DNA of 64,000 nt from a candidate division WOR-3 bacterium (GTDB lineage: Bacteria > Hydrothermota > Tepidihabitantia > Tepidihabitantales > Tepidihabitantaceae), in the NCBI GenBank assembly GCA_965649225.1, contig CBFGJX010000003.1, positions 1 to 64,000 of the forward strand, given 5' to 3'. Positions 12,671 through 24,613 of this stretch are shown piece by piece; the first letter of the stretch is position 1, and the number at the start of each line of letters is the position of its first letter. The notes under the pieces were generated by a model. That model saw only the letters and a program-made list of their open reading frames with translations. It ran no database searches and was not told the origin of the DNA. Both the position numbers and the translations under genes were made by a program.

Positions 12671-12705
12671 CCTTTGGTTTTTGGTCTTTGAGATTTGGCT
12701 TTTGA
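12671..12705. repeat. degenerate heptamer tandem repeat, 5 x NNTTTGR
   Basis: cctttgg tttttgg tctttga gatttgg cttttga. Confidence 0.6.
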
Positions 12706-13073
12706 CTTACTCCGGGATCCTATCTCGGTCTCGCCTGTGTCGTCTCGGCCGTCGCCCTGCGGTTAAGGTTGATGCTCGGCTCCACCCCGATTCCCAGCGA
12801 GATGACTTGCCCTTTGACCGTAGTGTCGGCCCACGGCGCGCCAGGTGACCGAACCCTGTCCGCGCAGGGTGAAATCGCCCCAGCGGTTCTCCACCGTCAC
12901 ACCCGGCCCCAGTCGAACCACGCTTGAAACCAGCCCCGCGCTCCAGTTCAGGCCCTGAGGCCGGCGCCGGCCGAGCGTGACTCGTTCCCCTGGCCGGAAG
13001 CGGCAACGCAATCTACCACTGCAAACTCAACAAGGTTTGACAGCGGCGAATCGTGCCGCGATACTGCCCGCCG

Positions 13074-13403
13074 ATGAAAACAATCGGCCTGCTTCTTGTC
13101 TCCAACATCTTCATGACCTTCGCCTGGTATGGCCATCTCAAGTATCGCGAAAAGCCACTGCTGCTGGCGATACTGGCCAGCTGGGGCATTGCCTTTGTTG
13201 AATACTGCTTTCAGGTTCCGGCCAACCGGCTTGGCTACGGCCAGTTCACCGGCGCCCAGCTCAAGACCATTCAGGAAGTCATAACCCTGATCGTTTTTGC
13301 GGTCTTTTCGGTGCTCTATCTCAAGGAACCACTGCGCTGGAACTATGTTGTTGGGTTTGGTCTGATTGCCGTGGCGGTCTATTTCATCTTCCACAAATGG
13401 TAA
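13074..13403 (+). CDS. small DMT-superfamily membrane protein (DMT_6/DUF486-like)
   Basis: SNIFMTFAWYGHL, SWGIAFVEYCFQVPANR and QLKTIQEVITL motifs. Confidence 0.9.
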   Translation: MKTIGLLLVSNIFMTFAWYGHLKYREKPLLLAILASWGIAFVEYCFQVPANRLGYGQFTGAQLKTIQEVITLIVFAVFSVLYLKEPLRWNYVVGFGLIAVAVYFIFHKW

Positions 13404-13449
13404 CACCACGCCGTCTTGCCGCGATGGAATGCCGGCTTAAAATGTTCTG

Positions 13450-13944
13450 ATGCACCGCCTGCGCCGACTGCCCCTCAGCCGCATCCTGCCGATACTGATA
13501 CTGACGGTGTCGGGCCTGCTTGTCGCATTGCTGCCACGGCGGCTTACGCCTGCTCGACAGGCTCGGCCGGCGACTGCAGTCGTTCTCGCCGACAGTGGCA
13601 GAATCCCGGCGGATTCGCTGCCACTCGACTCGGCCCGTGTCACCACTGCTCTCGCAACAGTGTCCGACCCCGAAATCGCCGTCGGCATCGTTGACCTCGG
13701 CCTGATTGAATCGCTTACAGTCAGAAACCACGCTATCACCGTGACACTGCTGACCACCAGCCCCCGCTGTCCACACAGTCGTCGACTGGCGTCCGACGTG
13801 CTGACAGCCTTGCTCGGCCTGCCGGGCGCCGGTCGCATCACGGTTCGGCTGGATACGACAAAACGCTGGAATCCCGGACGGCTCACGCCCAAACTGCGCC
13901 AGCACTGGCAACAACCGTGTACCGGTTCCGCCCCTCCGTTCTGA
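13450..13944 (+). CDS. DUF59/SufT (MIP18/PaaD-like) domain protein with an N-terminal hydrophobic anchor
   Basis: DPEIAVGIVDLGLI..TTSPRCP..W motif preceded by a TM-like segment. Confidence 0.75.
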   Translation: MHRLRRLPLSRILPILILTVSGLLVALLPRRLTPARQARPATAVVLADSGRIPADSLPLDSARVTTALATVSDPEIAVGIVDLGLIESLTVRNHAITVTLLTTSPRCPHSRRLASDVLTALLGLPGAGRITVRLDTTKRWNPGRLTPKLRQHWQQPCTGSAPPF

Positions 13945-14064
13945 ACTGCCGCTCAGCGGTCCTCCGCCATTCTGATTGACACCGCCGCCAGCAGTGTATT
14001 ATAATCCTTCTGATGAGAAAAGTCCGTTCATCGGCCATTCGACCGACCTCCAGGAGGAATAGCC

Positions 14065-15657
14065 ATGCCTGAGGAACAACAACAGCAACCCGACGGCAGT
14101 GATACCCCGGCTGCACTTGAAGCGCGGTACGGTGTGCCGTACGTTGACCTGACGAATTTCCGGGTTGACTCGGAAGTCCTGCAGATGTTTCCGGAGCAGT
14201 TCATGCGCCAGTACAAGCTGATACCATTGTTCCGCTCCGGCAACACCCTCGCCGTAGCCTTCGTCGACCCGCAGGACATATTCACTGTCGACGAAGTCCG
14301 CCGCATGACCGGCATGGAGGTCGAACCGATGGTCTGCCGCGAAATCGACCTCTTCGGCGCTTTGAATCAGTACTACACATCATCCGAGCAACCAGACCTG
14401 CCCGACGAACCCGAACTCGCCTCGCTCGACGACCTGCCCGAGGAGGAATCGGCGGTCGAAGCCGAACAGAGCTCCGAGCCGCGCAAGCTGGAGGAACTCG
14501 CCTCTGAAGCCCCGGTCGTGCGCTGGGTCAATCAGATGATCATGCGGGCAGTGCGCGAACGCGCCTCCGACATCCACATCGAGCCGACCCGGGAAGGCCT
14601 GCAGGTACGGTTCCGTATCGACGGTATCCTGCATCCGATCGTCTCGCCCAAGAAAGCGCTGCAGCTCGCGGTGGTATCGCGTATCAAGATCATGTCCAAG
14701 ATGAACATCGCCGAGAAGCGCATTCCGCAGGACGGCCGTTACGGCGCCATCGTCGATGGCCGTGAAATCGACTTCCGTGTCTCGACCTTCCCCACCACCT
14801 ACGGCGAAACGGTGGTGATGCGTATTCTCGACCGGATGCGCCTGCTCTCGCTCGATGAACTGGGGCTGATGGGTGACTCTGCCCGACTGATGCGCGAAAT
14901 GATCGCCAAACCCCACGGCGTCGTGCTCGTCAACGGGCCGACCGGGTCAGGCAAATCAACAACCGTCTACGCTATTCTGGGTGAAATTCGCTCCGGCGAC
15001 AAGAACATCATCACCATCGAAGACCCGGTCGAGTATGACATGGACCAGATCTGCCAGTCCCAGGTCAACGAAAAGGCCGGCTACACCTACCTGCTCGGAC
15101 TGAAACACATCCTGCGTCAGGACCCGGATGTCATCATGATCGGTGAAATCCGTGACGCCGAAACTGCCGGCGTCGCCATCCGCGCCGCCCTGACCGGCCA
15201 GCTCGTGTTCTCGACCATTCACACCTCGGACGCGCCGGGCACGATTACCCGTCTCATCGACATGGGCATTGAGCCGTTCCTGGTTGCCTCGGCAACCGAA
15301 GGAACCTGTGCCCAGCGACTGGTGCGCAAGATCTGTCCCAAGTGCAAGGAACCCTACGACCCGCCGGCCAAACTGCTCGAAGAGCTGGAAATGGAGCCGG
15401 GCACCAAGTTCTACCGCGGCCGCGGTTGCGAACGCTGCCGTAACACCGGCTACACCGGCCGAATCGGAATCTTCGAAATCCTGAAAATGAACGACCGCAT
15501 CCGCGAACTGGTCGTCACCCGGCCGCCTACCAGCGCCATCCGTGCCCTTGCCCGCGAATACGGCATGCGGACGCTGTGGGAAGACGGGATGGAAAAGGTC
15601 AAGGCCGGTATCACCACTATCGAAGAAGTGATGGACGAGGCCGAAAAAGTCGACTAA
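14065..15657 (+). CDS. GspE/PilB family secretion or pilus assembly ATPase
   Basis: ASDIHIEP, PQDG, GPTGSGKST, TIEDPVE, LRQDPDVIMIGEIRD, CxxC..CxxC. Confidence 0.95.
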   Translation: MPEEQQQQPDGSDTPAALEARYGVPYVDLTNFRVDSEVLQMFPEQFMRQYKLIPLFRSGNTLAVAFVDPQDIFTVDEVRRMTGMEVEPMVCREIDLFGALNQYYTSSEQPDLPDEPELASLDDLPEEESAVEAEQSSEPRKLEELASEAPVVRWVNQMIMRAVRERASDIHIEPTREGLQVRFRIDGILHPIVSPKKALQLAVVSRIKIMSKMNIAEKRIPQDGRYGAIVDGREIDFRVSTFPTTYGETVVMRILDRMRLLSLDELGLMGDSARLMREMIAKPHGVVLVNGPTGSGKSTTVYAILGEIRSGDKNIITIEDPVEYDMDQICQSQVNEKAGYTYLLGLKHILRQDPDVIMIGEIRDAETAGVAIRAALTGQLVFSTIHTSDAPGTITRLIDMGIEPFLVASATEGTCAQRLVRKICPKCKEPYDPPAKLLEELEMEPGTKFYRGRGCERCRNTGYTGRIGIFEILKMNDRIRELVVTRPPTSAIRALAREYGMRTLWEDGMEKVKAGITTIEEVMDEAEKVD

Positions 15658-15672
15658 ACAGGAGCCAAAGAG

Positions 15673-16917
15673 ATGCCTTTGTTCAGCTACAAGGTACGCG
15701 ACAAGGAAGGCCAGGTAATCTCCGGCACGCTCGAAGGCACCGATGTCAGTTCCGTAATCGAAAAACTGGACAACTACGGCTACGTCCCGATAACCATCCG
15801 TGAAATCAAGGCCGCCGGTCCGGGCGGTGGCGGCTTCGACATCGGCCGGTTTTTCGAACGGGTCAAACCGGTTGACCTGATCAACTTCACCCGTCAGTTC
15901 GTCACTCTGCACCGTGCCGGTCTGCCGCTGCTATCGGCAATCGGCGCCCTTCAAGGCCAGACCCGCTCCAAACCGCTGGCCAAGGCCCTTGATGCCATCC
16001 GCAAGGACCTGATGGGTGGCGCGGCACTCTCGGCCGCAATGGCCAAGTATCCACGCGTGTTCGGCGATCTCTATGTGAACTCGATCTGGGCCGGCGAAAC
16101 CGGTGGTGTTCTCGACGAAATCCTCGACCGGCTGGTACTGCTGCTTGAACACGAACGTAAGCTGAAAAGCGACGTCGGCTCCGCCATGCGCTACCCGATG
16201 ATGCTGATGGGAGCTTTCGTTGTCGCCATCGTCGTGCTGTCGGCATTCGTACTGCCCAAGTTCATGACCCTGCTCACGACTGTCGGCGGCAAGATGCCCC
16301 TGCCAACGCTGATCCTGATGCGATTCACTGACTTCATGGCCAACTACTGGTACGTGCTGGTGCTGCTGGCCGCCGGCGTCGGTGTGCTGTTCTACATGTT
16401 CATCCGCACCGGTCCGGGCCGGTTGTGGTGGGACCGATTGAAGTTCCGCCTACCGATCTTCGGCCCGATAATCTACAAGATGGCGCTGTCCCGGTTCGCC
16501 CGGATGTTCGAAACCCTTGACCGGACCGGTCTGCCGATTCTGCGCAGCCTCGGCCTGGTCTCCAAGACTGTCGGCAACGTCTACATGGCCGGTGCCATCG
16601 ACCGGCTCGCCGAGTCGGTGCGACGCGGTCGCGGCCTGGCCGCGCCGATGCGCGAAATCGGCGTGTTCCCGCCGATGGTGGTGCAGATGGTCGCTACCGG
16701 TGAGGAATCGGGTGCACTCGACGACATGTTGCGTCAGGTCTCTGACTATTACGACAGCGAAGTCGAGTATGCGGTCAAGAACCTGACCGGGATGATCGAA
16801 CCGATAATGATCGGGATCATGGGCATCGGTGCCGTGTTTCTAATCATCGCCATCCTGATGCCCTACATGGCAATCCTGTCGAACTTCGGTTCGGGCGGTG
16901 GCTACGGAACGAACTAA
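15673..16917 (+). CDS. GspF/PilC inner-membrane platform protein
   Basis: FTRQF..AGLPL, AGETGG, MRYP, GEESGALD and IEP motifs. Confidence 0.93.
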   Translation: MPLFSYKVRDKEGQVISGTLEGTDVSSVIEKLDNYGYVPITIREIKAAGPGGGGFDIGRFFERVKPVDLINFTRQFVTLHRAGLPLLSAIGALQGQTRSKPLAKALDAIRKDLMGGAALSAAMAKYPRVFGDLYVNSIWAGETGGVLDEILDRLVLLLEHERKLKSDVGSAMRYPMMLMGAFVVAIVVLSAFVLPKFMTLLTTVGGKMPLPTLILMRFTDFMANYWYVLVLLAAGVGVLFYMFIRTGPGRLWWDRLKFRLPIFGPIIYKMALSRFARMFETLDRTGLPILRSLGLVSKTVGNVYMAGAIDRLAESVRRGRGLAAPMREIGVFPPMVVQMVATGEESGALDDMLRQVSDYYDSEVEYAVKNLTGMIEPIMIGIMGIGAVFLIIAILMPYMAILSNFGSGGGYGTN

Positions 16918-17988
16918 CTAGAACGCCCGGAGACTGCGGCTGACCGCTGCATCGAGCCTCTCGATGACAGCGGTCAGCAGTTTTACGGCCGCATCGTAGT
17001 CCTGCTCGGCGATGATACCGGAGTGGGCATGAATGTAGCGCGCCGGCCAGCCGATGACCTGCGACGGCACACCACCGTGCTGCATGTGCACCGCGCCGGT
17101 ATCGTACCCGCCCCGGACTGTGGTCAGATGATGCCGGATTCGCCGCCGCTCAGCAGTGTCGATGACAAAGTCACGCAACCGGACATTGGGAATCATCGTG
17201 CTGTCGTGAACCAGTACCGCTGCCCCGTTCTTCAGTCGCTCGGCCAGCCCCTTGCGCGGCGTATCGGCGCTCTCGGTGCACAGTGAAACATCAACTGCGA
17301 AGGCAACGTCCGGCCGGACCAGTTCGGCCGCAGTACGGGCACCGCGCAGGCCCACCTCTTCCTGTACCGTCCCGACAAAACAGACCGTGTTGTTGTGCTT
17401 GATGGCGGCAACTGCCCGGGCAACCTCAATCAAGATGCCGCAGCCGCCGCGGTCATCCCAGGCCTTGGCCATCATCAATCCACCCGGCATCTCGGTAAAC
17501 TGCGAGAAGGGTACGATCGGGTCCCCCGGCCGCAGTCCAAGCTTCTTTTCCAGATTGAATCCCTCGCAAGCCCCGAAATCGATGAACATCTTGTCGATCT
17601 CGGGCAGTTTCTTCCGCTCCTCCTCGGTCATCTCGTGCGGCGGCTTTGAACCGATCACCCCGGGGAAATCACCCTTGCGGGTTCGAACCGTAACCCGCTG
17701 TCCGAGCAGCACCCGTGCGGGCCAGCCGCCCAGTGGCAGGAAGCGAACGTAGCCGTCCGGGGTGACCTTCTTGACCATGAAACCAATCTCGTCGAGATGA
17801 GCACTGACCATGATCGTCGGGCCGGACTTCCCGCTGCCTTCCAGCCGGCCGATGACACTGCCCAGACCATCGCGTGTAACCTTACAGACCTTGGCCAGTT
17901 CACGGGCAACGATTGCAGCCGGTTCGGATTCATACCCGGACGGGCCAAATGCTTCTGTCAGCTCTTTCAACAGCGCCTTGTCAGCCAT
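16918..17988 (-). CDS. M42 family metallo-aminopeptidase
   Basis: GPSGYE, AHLDEIG, KAWDDRGG, QEEVGLRGA, RYIH. Confidence 0.93.
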   Translation of the reverse strand: MADKALLKELTEAFGPSGYESEPAAIVARELAKVCKVTRDGLGSVIGRLEGSGKSGPTIMVSAHLDEIGFMVKKVTPDGYVRFLPLGGWPARVLLGQRVTVRTRKGDFPGVIGSKPPHEMTEEERKKLPEIDKMFIDFGACEGFNLEKKLGLRPGDPIVPFSQFTEMPGGLMMAKAWDDRGGCGILIEVARAVAAIKHNNTVCFVGTVQEEVGLRGARTAAELVRPDVAFAVDVSLCTESADTPRKGLAERLKNGAAVLVHDSTMIPNVRLRDFVIDTAERRRIRHHLTTVRGGYDTGAVHMQHGGVPSQVIGWPARYIHAHSGIIAEQDYDAAVKLLTAVIERLDAAVSRSLRAF

Positions 17989-18021
17989 CAGTGAATCTCA
18001 CTTTCTGTCGGCATCTGCCGA

Positions 18022-19920
<1,899 letters not shown>

Positions 19921-19946
19921 TTATGATAAGCGCAGCCCGGACAAAA

Positions 19947-20282
19947 TCAAGACCGTTCCCGACCGGCTCTGGCATCCAGCCGGAACCGAATATCACTCAC
20001 CAGTTGCCGACCGGCGAGTGCATTCAACCGCCGGACCAGTTCCGGCCGGAGATAGACCAGCTGCGTCAACCAGCCGGCGCCGTCAACCGCAACCGTCAGT
20101 ACACCATTGTCGATCGTCAGCGCCCGGGCATGCTGGGCGATCGCTTCACCCGCCGCCTGCGGCCACAGCTCGACTGCCGGCTGCTCGGCCAGCATCCGGT
20201 CAAGATGCAGCGACTTCAGCACTGCCGGCAGCAGTGCACCGATCGGCCGAAACTTCCTCGATCCGGCCTTGCGCAATCGCAA
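19947..20282 (-). CDS. dciA: DUF721/DciA family protein
   Basis: W..AAGEAIA.HA..L..GVLTV....W..QL pattern; typical position between recF and gyrB; start uncertain. Confidence 0.8.
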   Translation of the reverse strand: MRLRKAGSRKFRPIGALLPAVLKSLHLDRMLAEQPAVELWPQAAGEAIAQHARALTIDNGVLTVAVDGAGWLTQLVYLRPELVRRLNALAGRQLVSDIRFRLDARAGRERS

Positions 20283-21312
20283 ACTCCTTTCTCCCTGCCG
20301 TCAGTTCTGCCGGCAGACGCCGTGCTGCGGCGTAGATTACCTGCCCCTGGCACGAAACCGCATCGAGCACCAGTCGACAGCGCTGTTCATCCAGTTCCGA
20401 CGCAATCTCATCCAGCAGAAAAACCGGGCGCTCGCGACGCTTCCGGGCCAGTAACTCACCCTCGGCCAATCGCAGCGCCACTCCGGCAAGACGCTGCTCG
20501 CCGACCGAACCAAACCGACGCAAATCGCGACCGCCAACCTTGATTGTCACATCGTCGCGGTGCGGACCGACGACCGTCTGGCCCAGCTCGCGCGACCGGA
20601 GTCGTGTCGCGGCCAGCCGCTCCGCCATCCGTGCCGACAGATCAGGACCCGCCGGGACACTCGCCAGATACTGCAGCTCGACACCCCTCAGGCCGAATTG
20701 CTCCATTCTTGCCGCCGCCCACGGCAGCAGCTCCCGAACCACGGCCATACGCAGTTCATACACCGCCGCGCCGGTGCGGGCAAGTTCCGCCTCCCAGGTC
20801 AGATGGAGTTCTTCGGCAGCATCCTGTTCCAGGAGTCGATTGCGCTGCAGCAGTACCCGGCGGTAGTCATTCAGCCGTCCGATGTAGTCGCGCCGAACCT
20901 TGGCAACCGTCATGTCCAGAAACGCCCGGCGCACACCCGGTCCGCCGCGTACCAGTTCAATATCATCCAGCAGCAATACCACGACCGGCAGCCAGCCGAG
21001 AAAGTCAGACAGCCGGTCCAGCCGTCCGCCATCCAGCAGCACGCATTTCTCGCGTCCGTCAAACCGCACTTCACCCTGCCGGCCCTGGTCGTCCCATCCC
21101 GAAACGGCAACCAGCTCGGCGCCGAATCCCAGCAGGTCGGTATCGGTACAGCGTCGGAAAGAGCGACCGATTGCCAGCCAGTGAATCGCCTCGAGCAGAC
21201 TGGTCTTACCAGCACCGTTCGGACCATAGATGTAGTTGGCGTCCTCGGCAAACCGGACCGTGACCGGCGCGAGATTGCGAAAACCGGTCACCGTGAGCCG
21301 CACCAGCGCCAT
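20200..21312 (-). CDS. recF: DNA replication/repair protein RecF
   Basis: FRN, GPNGAGKTSLLEAI, RRAFLD, GPHRDD, GSVGEQR, LLDEIASELD. Confidence 0.95.
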   Translation of the reverse strand: MALVRLTVTGFRNLAPVTVRFAEDANYIYGPNGAGKTSLLEAIHWLAIGRSFRRCTDTDLLGFGAELVAVSGWDDQGRQGEVRFDGREKCVLLDGGRLDRLSDFLGWLPVVVLLLDDIELVRGGPGVRRAFLDMTVAKVRRDYIGRLNDYRRVLLQRNRLLEQDAAEELHLTWEAELARTGAAVYELRMAVVRELLPWAAARMEQFGLRGVELQYLASVPAGPDLSARMAERLAATRLRSRELGQTVVGPHRDDVTIKVGGRDLRRFGSVGEQRLAGVALRLAEGELLARKRRERPVFLLDEIASELDEQRCRLVLDAVSCQGQVIYAAARRLPAELTAGRKEFAIAQGRIEEVSADRCTAAGSAEVAAS

Positions 21313-21400
21313 CGCCTCAATCTAGAACAGTGCACCGTTGCGGTCAAGCTGAGCAGCAAACGATTTGACAGCCGACCGACCTGCCGGCTAGACTCGTTGG

Positions 21401-22306
21401 ATGCCCACTGCCGGCGGTTTGCTCCGACCCGAGGCGATTGCCCGTCTGCGCGGACTTGATCTGCGCGCCCGACTGGTGGTCGAAGGCTTTCTCGCCGGGC
21501 TGCATCGTTCACCGCACAAGGGCTTTTCGGTTGAGTTCACCGAACACCGCCAGTACCTGCCGGGCGACGAGCTCAAACGGGTCGACTGGCGTGTCTACGC
21601 TCGCACCGACCGCTTCTACATCCGCGAGTACGAAGAGGAAACCAACCTGCGGGCGTGGCTTGTCTGTGATATCTCGAACTCGATGAACTGGCCCGACAAA
21701 CCGGCAAACCGGATGGGCAAACTGGAATACTCCGGCTGTCTCGCCGCCAGTCTGGCCTGGCTGCTGGTGCATCAGAAGGACTCCTGCGGCCTGGTCACTT
21801 TCGCCGACCGGATAATCCGTTACATCCCCCCGCGCTCGACTCCCGCTCACCTCCACGCCATCCTCATCGAGCTGGCCCGAATCCGCCCCGGCGGTGACAC
21901 GAATATCGCCGCAACCCTTGACAACCTGGCGGCGCGAATCCGGCGTCGCAGTCTGGTGATCATTATTACCGACCTATGGGATGACGAAGCGAAAGTCATT
22001 CATGCGCTCAAACACTTCCGTTACCGTCGTCACGAGGTAATCCTTTTTCATGTCGTCGACCCGATCGAGGCCGGACTGGAGTTTCGGTCTCCCCTGGTCC
22101 TGCGCGATACCGAAACCGGTGCGGAGTTGACTGTTGACCCGCGCGTTATCGGCCCCGACTATCGCCGGAGCTGGCGACGGCGCTGTGGTGCATTTGAACG
22201 CGGCTGTGCCGAGGCGCGCGTTGATTACTGCCGGGTGACAACCGACACGTCATTTGACCGCGCCCTGTTGCGCTATCTGCAACGTCGTCGTCAACTTGCC
22301 CGATGA
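21401..22306 (+). CDS. DUF58 domain protein (MoxR-associated vWA-like)
   Basis: GLHRSP.KG.SVEF.EHRQY.PGDE.KRVDW. Confidence 0.92.
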   Translation: MPTAGGLLRPEAIARLRGLDLRARLVVEGFLAGLHRSPHKGFSVEFTEHRQYLPGDELKRVDWRVYARTDRFYIREYEEETNLRAWLVCDISNSMNWPDKPANRMGKLEYSGCLAASLAWLLVHQKDSCGLVTFADRIIRYIPPRSTPAHLHAILIELARIRPGGDTNIAATLDNLAARIRRRSLVIIITDLWDDEAKVIHALKHFRYRRHEVILFHVVDPIEAGLEFRSPLVLRDTETGAELTVDPRVIGPDYRRSWRRRCGAFERGCAEARVDYCRVTTDTSFDRALLRYLQRRRQLAR

Positions 22307-24186
22307 GTTTCGCGGCACCGGCCTTTCTTCCTCTCCTGCTGCTGACCTCAATACCGCTGTTGATCCACATTTTCAGCCGCGTCCGGCTGCAGCGCCGTGA
22401 ATTTCCCTCACTGCGGCTGCTGGAAGCAGTCCGGCGGGAACGCTTCTCCTTCATCCGGCTCAAGGAACTGCTGCTCTTGATACTGCGCACTCTGGCCCTG
22501 CTGGCGCTGGTCCTGATACCGGCACGGCCCTTCCTTCATCGTCGTGCCGGTCTTCTGCCCGAGAGCGATTTCGTGGTGATACTTGATGATTCCTGGTCAA
22601 TGGGCTGGGGTTCACGCTGGGAACGGGCAATCACCATCGCCCGCCATCTGCTGGCAACGGCCGGACCCGGCCGACGCGCTGCCCTGCTCACTGCCTCCGG
22701 CCGGTGGTCCGACTCCACTCTCTCGGAACGCCCGCCGGCTTCACGTCGGCTCGACTCGCTCGCTGTCTCAACCGCCGCTGTCATTCTTGATTCCAGCATC
22801 GCCCGCGCCTGGCGCATCGGTGGTGACCGGGTCACTGTCTACTGCATCACTGACCTGCAACAACAAGCCCTGCGGACGCTTCGGCCGGCCGCCGACCGCC
22901 CGGTCCGGTTGATTGACGTCGGTGACGACGATGCCGCCAATGTCACGGTTGTCTCGGTTCAGCCCGACATCCGCCTGCCGCCACCCGGGCGGTCGGTCAG
23001 AATCAAGGCTGAGTTTGCCAACCACGCCGACCGCCAGTTAACCGGCACTGCCCTGCTTGACGTCAACGGCAGAATCGAGCAACGCTCAATCGAACTGCCG
23101 CCGCGCGCCACCACCGTCTGCAACTTCAGCCTCGACCTGGCCGGTCCAGCCACCCACACTGCCCGCGTCCAGTTCCGCTCCGACTCGCTCGCTCTGGACA
23201 ACGACCGCTGGTCAATCATCAACCTGCCAGCGCAACGCCGACTGCTGCTGGTCGAGACCGATTCCGGCAGTGGCAGATTCATCACTGCCGCACTCGGTTC
23301 CGAATCGCTCGGCTGGTTTGACATCAGCACCATTTCGCCGGCGCAGCTCGGCCGTTTCGACCTGCGTCGCTATGACTGCATTCTCGTCACCGACGCCGGC
23401 GGCCTGAGCCCCGCTGCTTTCGACCGGATTCAGCTGGCCCTGCAGGCCGGCACCGGTATCCTGCTCATGCTGGGACCAGCGACTGCACCGGGAATGACCC
23501 TGATGCCGTGGTTTGAGGTAACGGGAACGGCGCAGCCTGCCGGCTTTCAAACCATCGGCTCAGTGGACACCACTGCAGCACTGCTGGAGATTTTCCGACC
23601 GGCCGACTTCGCCGCGGTTCGGTTCTTTCGCTACGCCCGGGTCCTGGCCCGCTCCGCCCGACCGCTGGTTTCGCTCGCCGACAACTCTCCGGCGGTACTG
23701 GCAGGCGCCGACGGCCGGCTGATTGTCTGGACATTCGCCGCTGACCTCAATCACAGCGACATTGTGCTCCGCGCGGTATTCGTACCGCTGCTGCACCGCT
23801 GTCTGACCGCAGTTGCCGGTGGCAACAGCAATCGCGACCGGCTGGTCGGCGAAACTCTCCGCGTCGCGACTGCAGACCCCGCCGCTACGACTGTTCAAAC
23901 CCCCGGTGGCAGCGACATCGGCATTGTCCGCACCGCCGGCGGTCAGCCGGTCATTGAGTACGCCCGCACCACCACTCCCGGCATCTACATCCTTGCCGGT
24001 CAGCCGCTCGCGGTCAATCCCGACCCGGCTGAAGGCGACCTGCAGCGATTCGAGCCGGCCGAACTTGCTCAACGCGGCTGGGTTGTGACAGAAGAAATCG
24101 GCGGCGGGGCCATTGACCTCATTCCGCTGCTTTTGTGGCTCGCGGTGGCGGCATTTGCCGCCGAGCTGATCCTGCTTTGTATCTAA
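22303..24186 (+). CDS. BatA N-terminal and vWA domain membrane protein
   Basis: F..P....PLLIH....FPSL N-terminus; DDSWSM MIDAS-like motif; AVN...EGDL; C-terminal TM. Confidence 0.85.
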   Translation: MSFAAPAFLPLLLLTSIPLLIHIFSRVRLQRREFPSLRLLEAVRRERFSFIRLKELLLLILRTLALLALVLIPARPFLHRRAGLLPESDFVVILDDSWSMGWGSRWERAITIARHLLATAGPGRRAALLTASGRWSDSTLSERPPASRRLDSLAVSTAAVILDSSIARAWRIGGDRVTVYCITDLQQQALRTLRPAADRPVRLIDVGDDDAANVTVVSVQPDIRLPPPGRSVRIKAEFANHADRQLTGTALLDVNGRIEQRSIELPPRATTVCNFSLDLAGPATHTARVQFRSDSLALDNDRWSIINLPAQRRLLLVETDSGSGRFITAALGSESLGWFDISTISPAQLGRFDLRRYDCILVTDAGGLSPAAFDRIQLALQAGTGILLMLGPATAPGMTLMPWFEVTGTAQPAGFQTIGSVDTTAALLEIFRPADFAAVRFFRYARVLARSARPLVSLADNSPAVLAGADGRLIVWTFAADLNHSDIVLRAVFVPLLHRCLTAVAGGNSNRDRLVGETLRVATADPAATTVQTPGGSDIGIVRTAGGQPVIEYARTTTPGIYILAGQPLAVNPDPAEGDLQRFEPAELAQRGWVVTEEIGGGAIDLIPLLLWLAVAAFAAELILLCI

Positions 24187-24201
24187 GCCCGGTTCGGGCA
24201 G

Positions 24202-24573
24202 CTAGACCAGAATGCCGGTCTTCAGGTAGTTGACATAGCGCTGAAAGACCGTTTCGTCCTCGAGAATCGAGACCCGGGAGATGACGACGTTATTGCCGTC
24301 CATGTGGACCTTCAGGCCATAGGCCTGGTGTCCCGGCTCACGCACCGTGTACCCGAGGTCGTACACTTCCTCCGCCTTGGCATAACCCCGTCCGGTTACC
24401 TGTTCCATGAACTCGGCCAGATTGTCAGCCACTACCTCCAGTGTCTTCAGGGGCATCATCGCCCCGGTAGCCGGAATGATGATTACCTCGCCACCCTGTG
24501 CCCGGGCATCAACCACCTCAGCCTGACTGGTGTCAACCACCTGCCTTACCAGCTCCAGTGTCTGATTCAACAT
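24202..24573 (-). CDS. hypothetical protein
   Basis: 123-aa ORF with globular composition; promoter immediately upstream. Confidence 0.75.
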   Translation of the reverse strand: MLNQTLELVRQVVDTSQAEVVDARAQGGEVIIIPATGAMMPLKTLEVVADNLAEFMEQVTGRGYAKAEEVYDLGYTVREPGHQAYGLKVHMDGNNVVISRVSILEDETVFQRYVNYLKTGILV

Positions 24574-24613
24574 CAGCTAAATGTACCGTTCGGTGACAAT
24601 CAGTCAACTGCCA

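Noticed and set aside
10986..12848. 620-aa plus-strand ORF
   Set aside because: Antisense shadow of the GC-rich C25 protease gene; Arg/Val-rich with no motifs.
12780..13000. Possible tRNA(Sec)-like sequence (TTCAAGCGTGGTTCGA on the minus strand)
   Set aside because: No acceptor stem or cloverleaf could be built.
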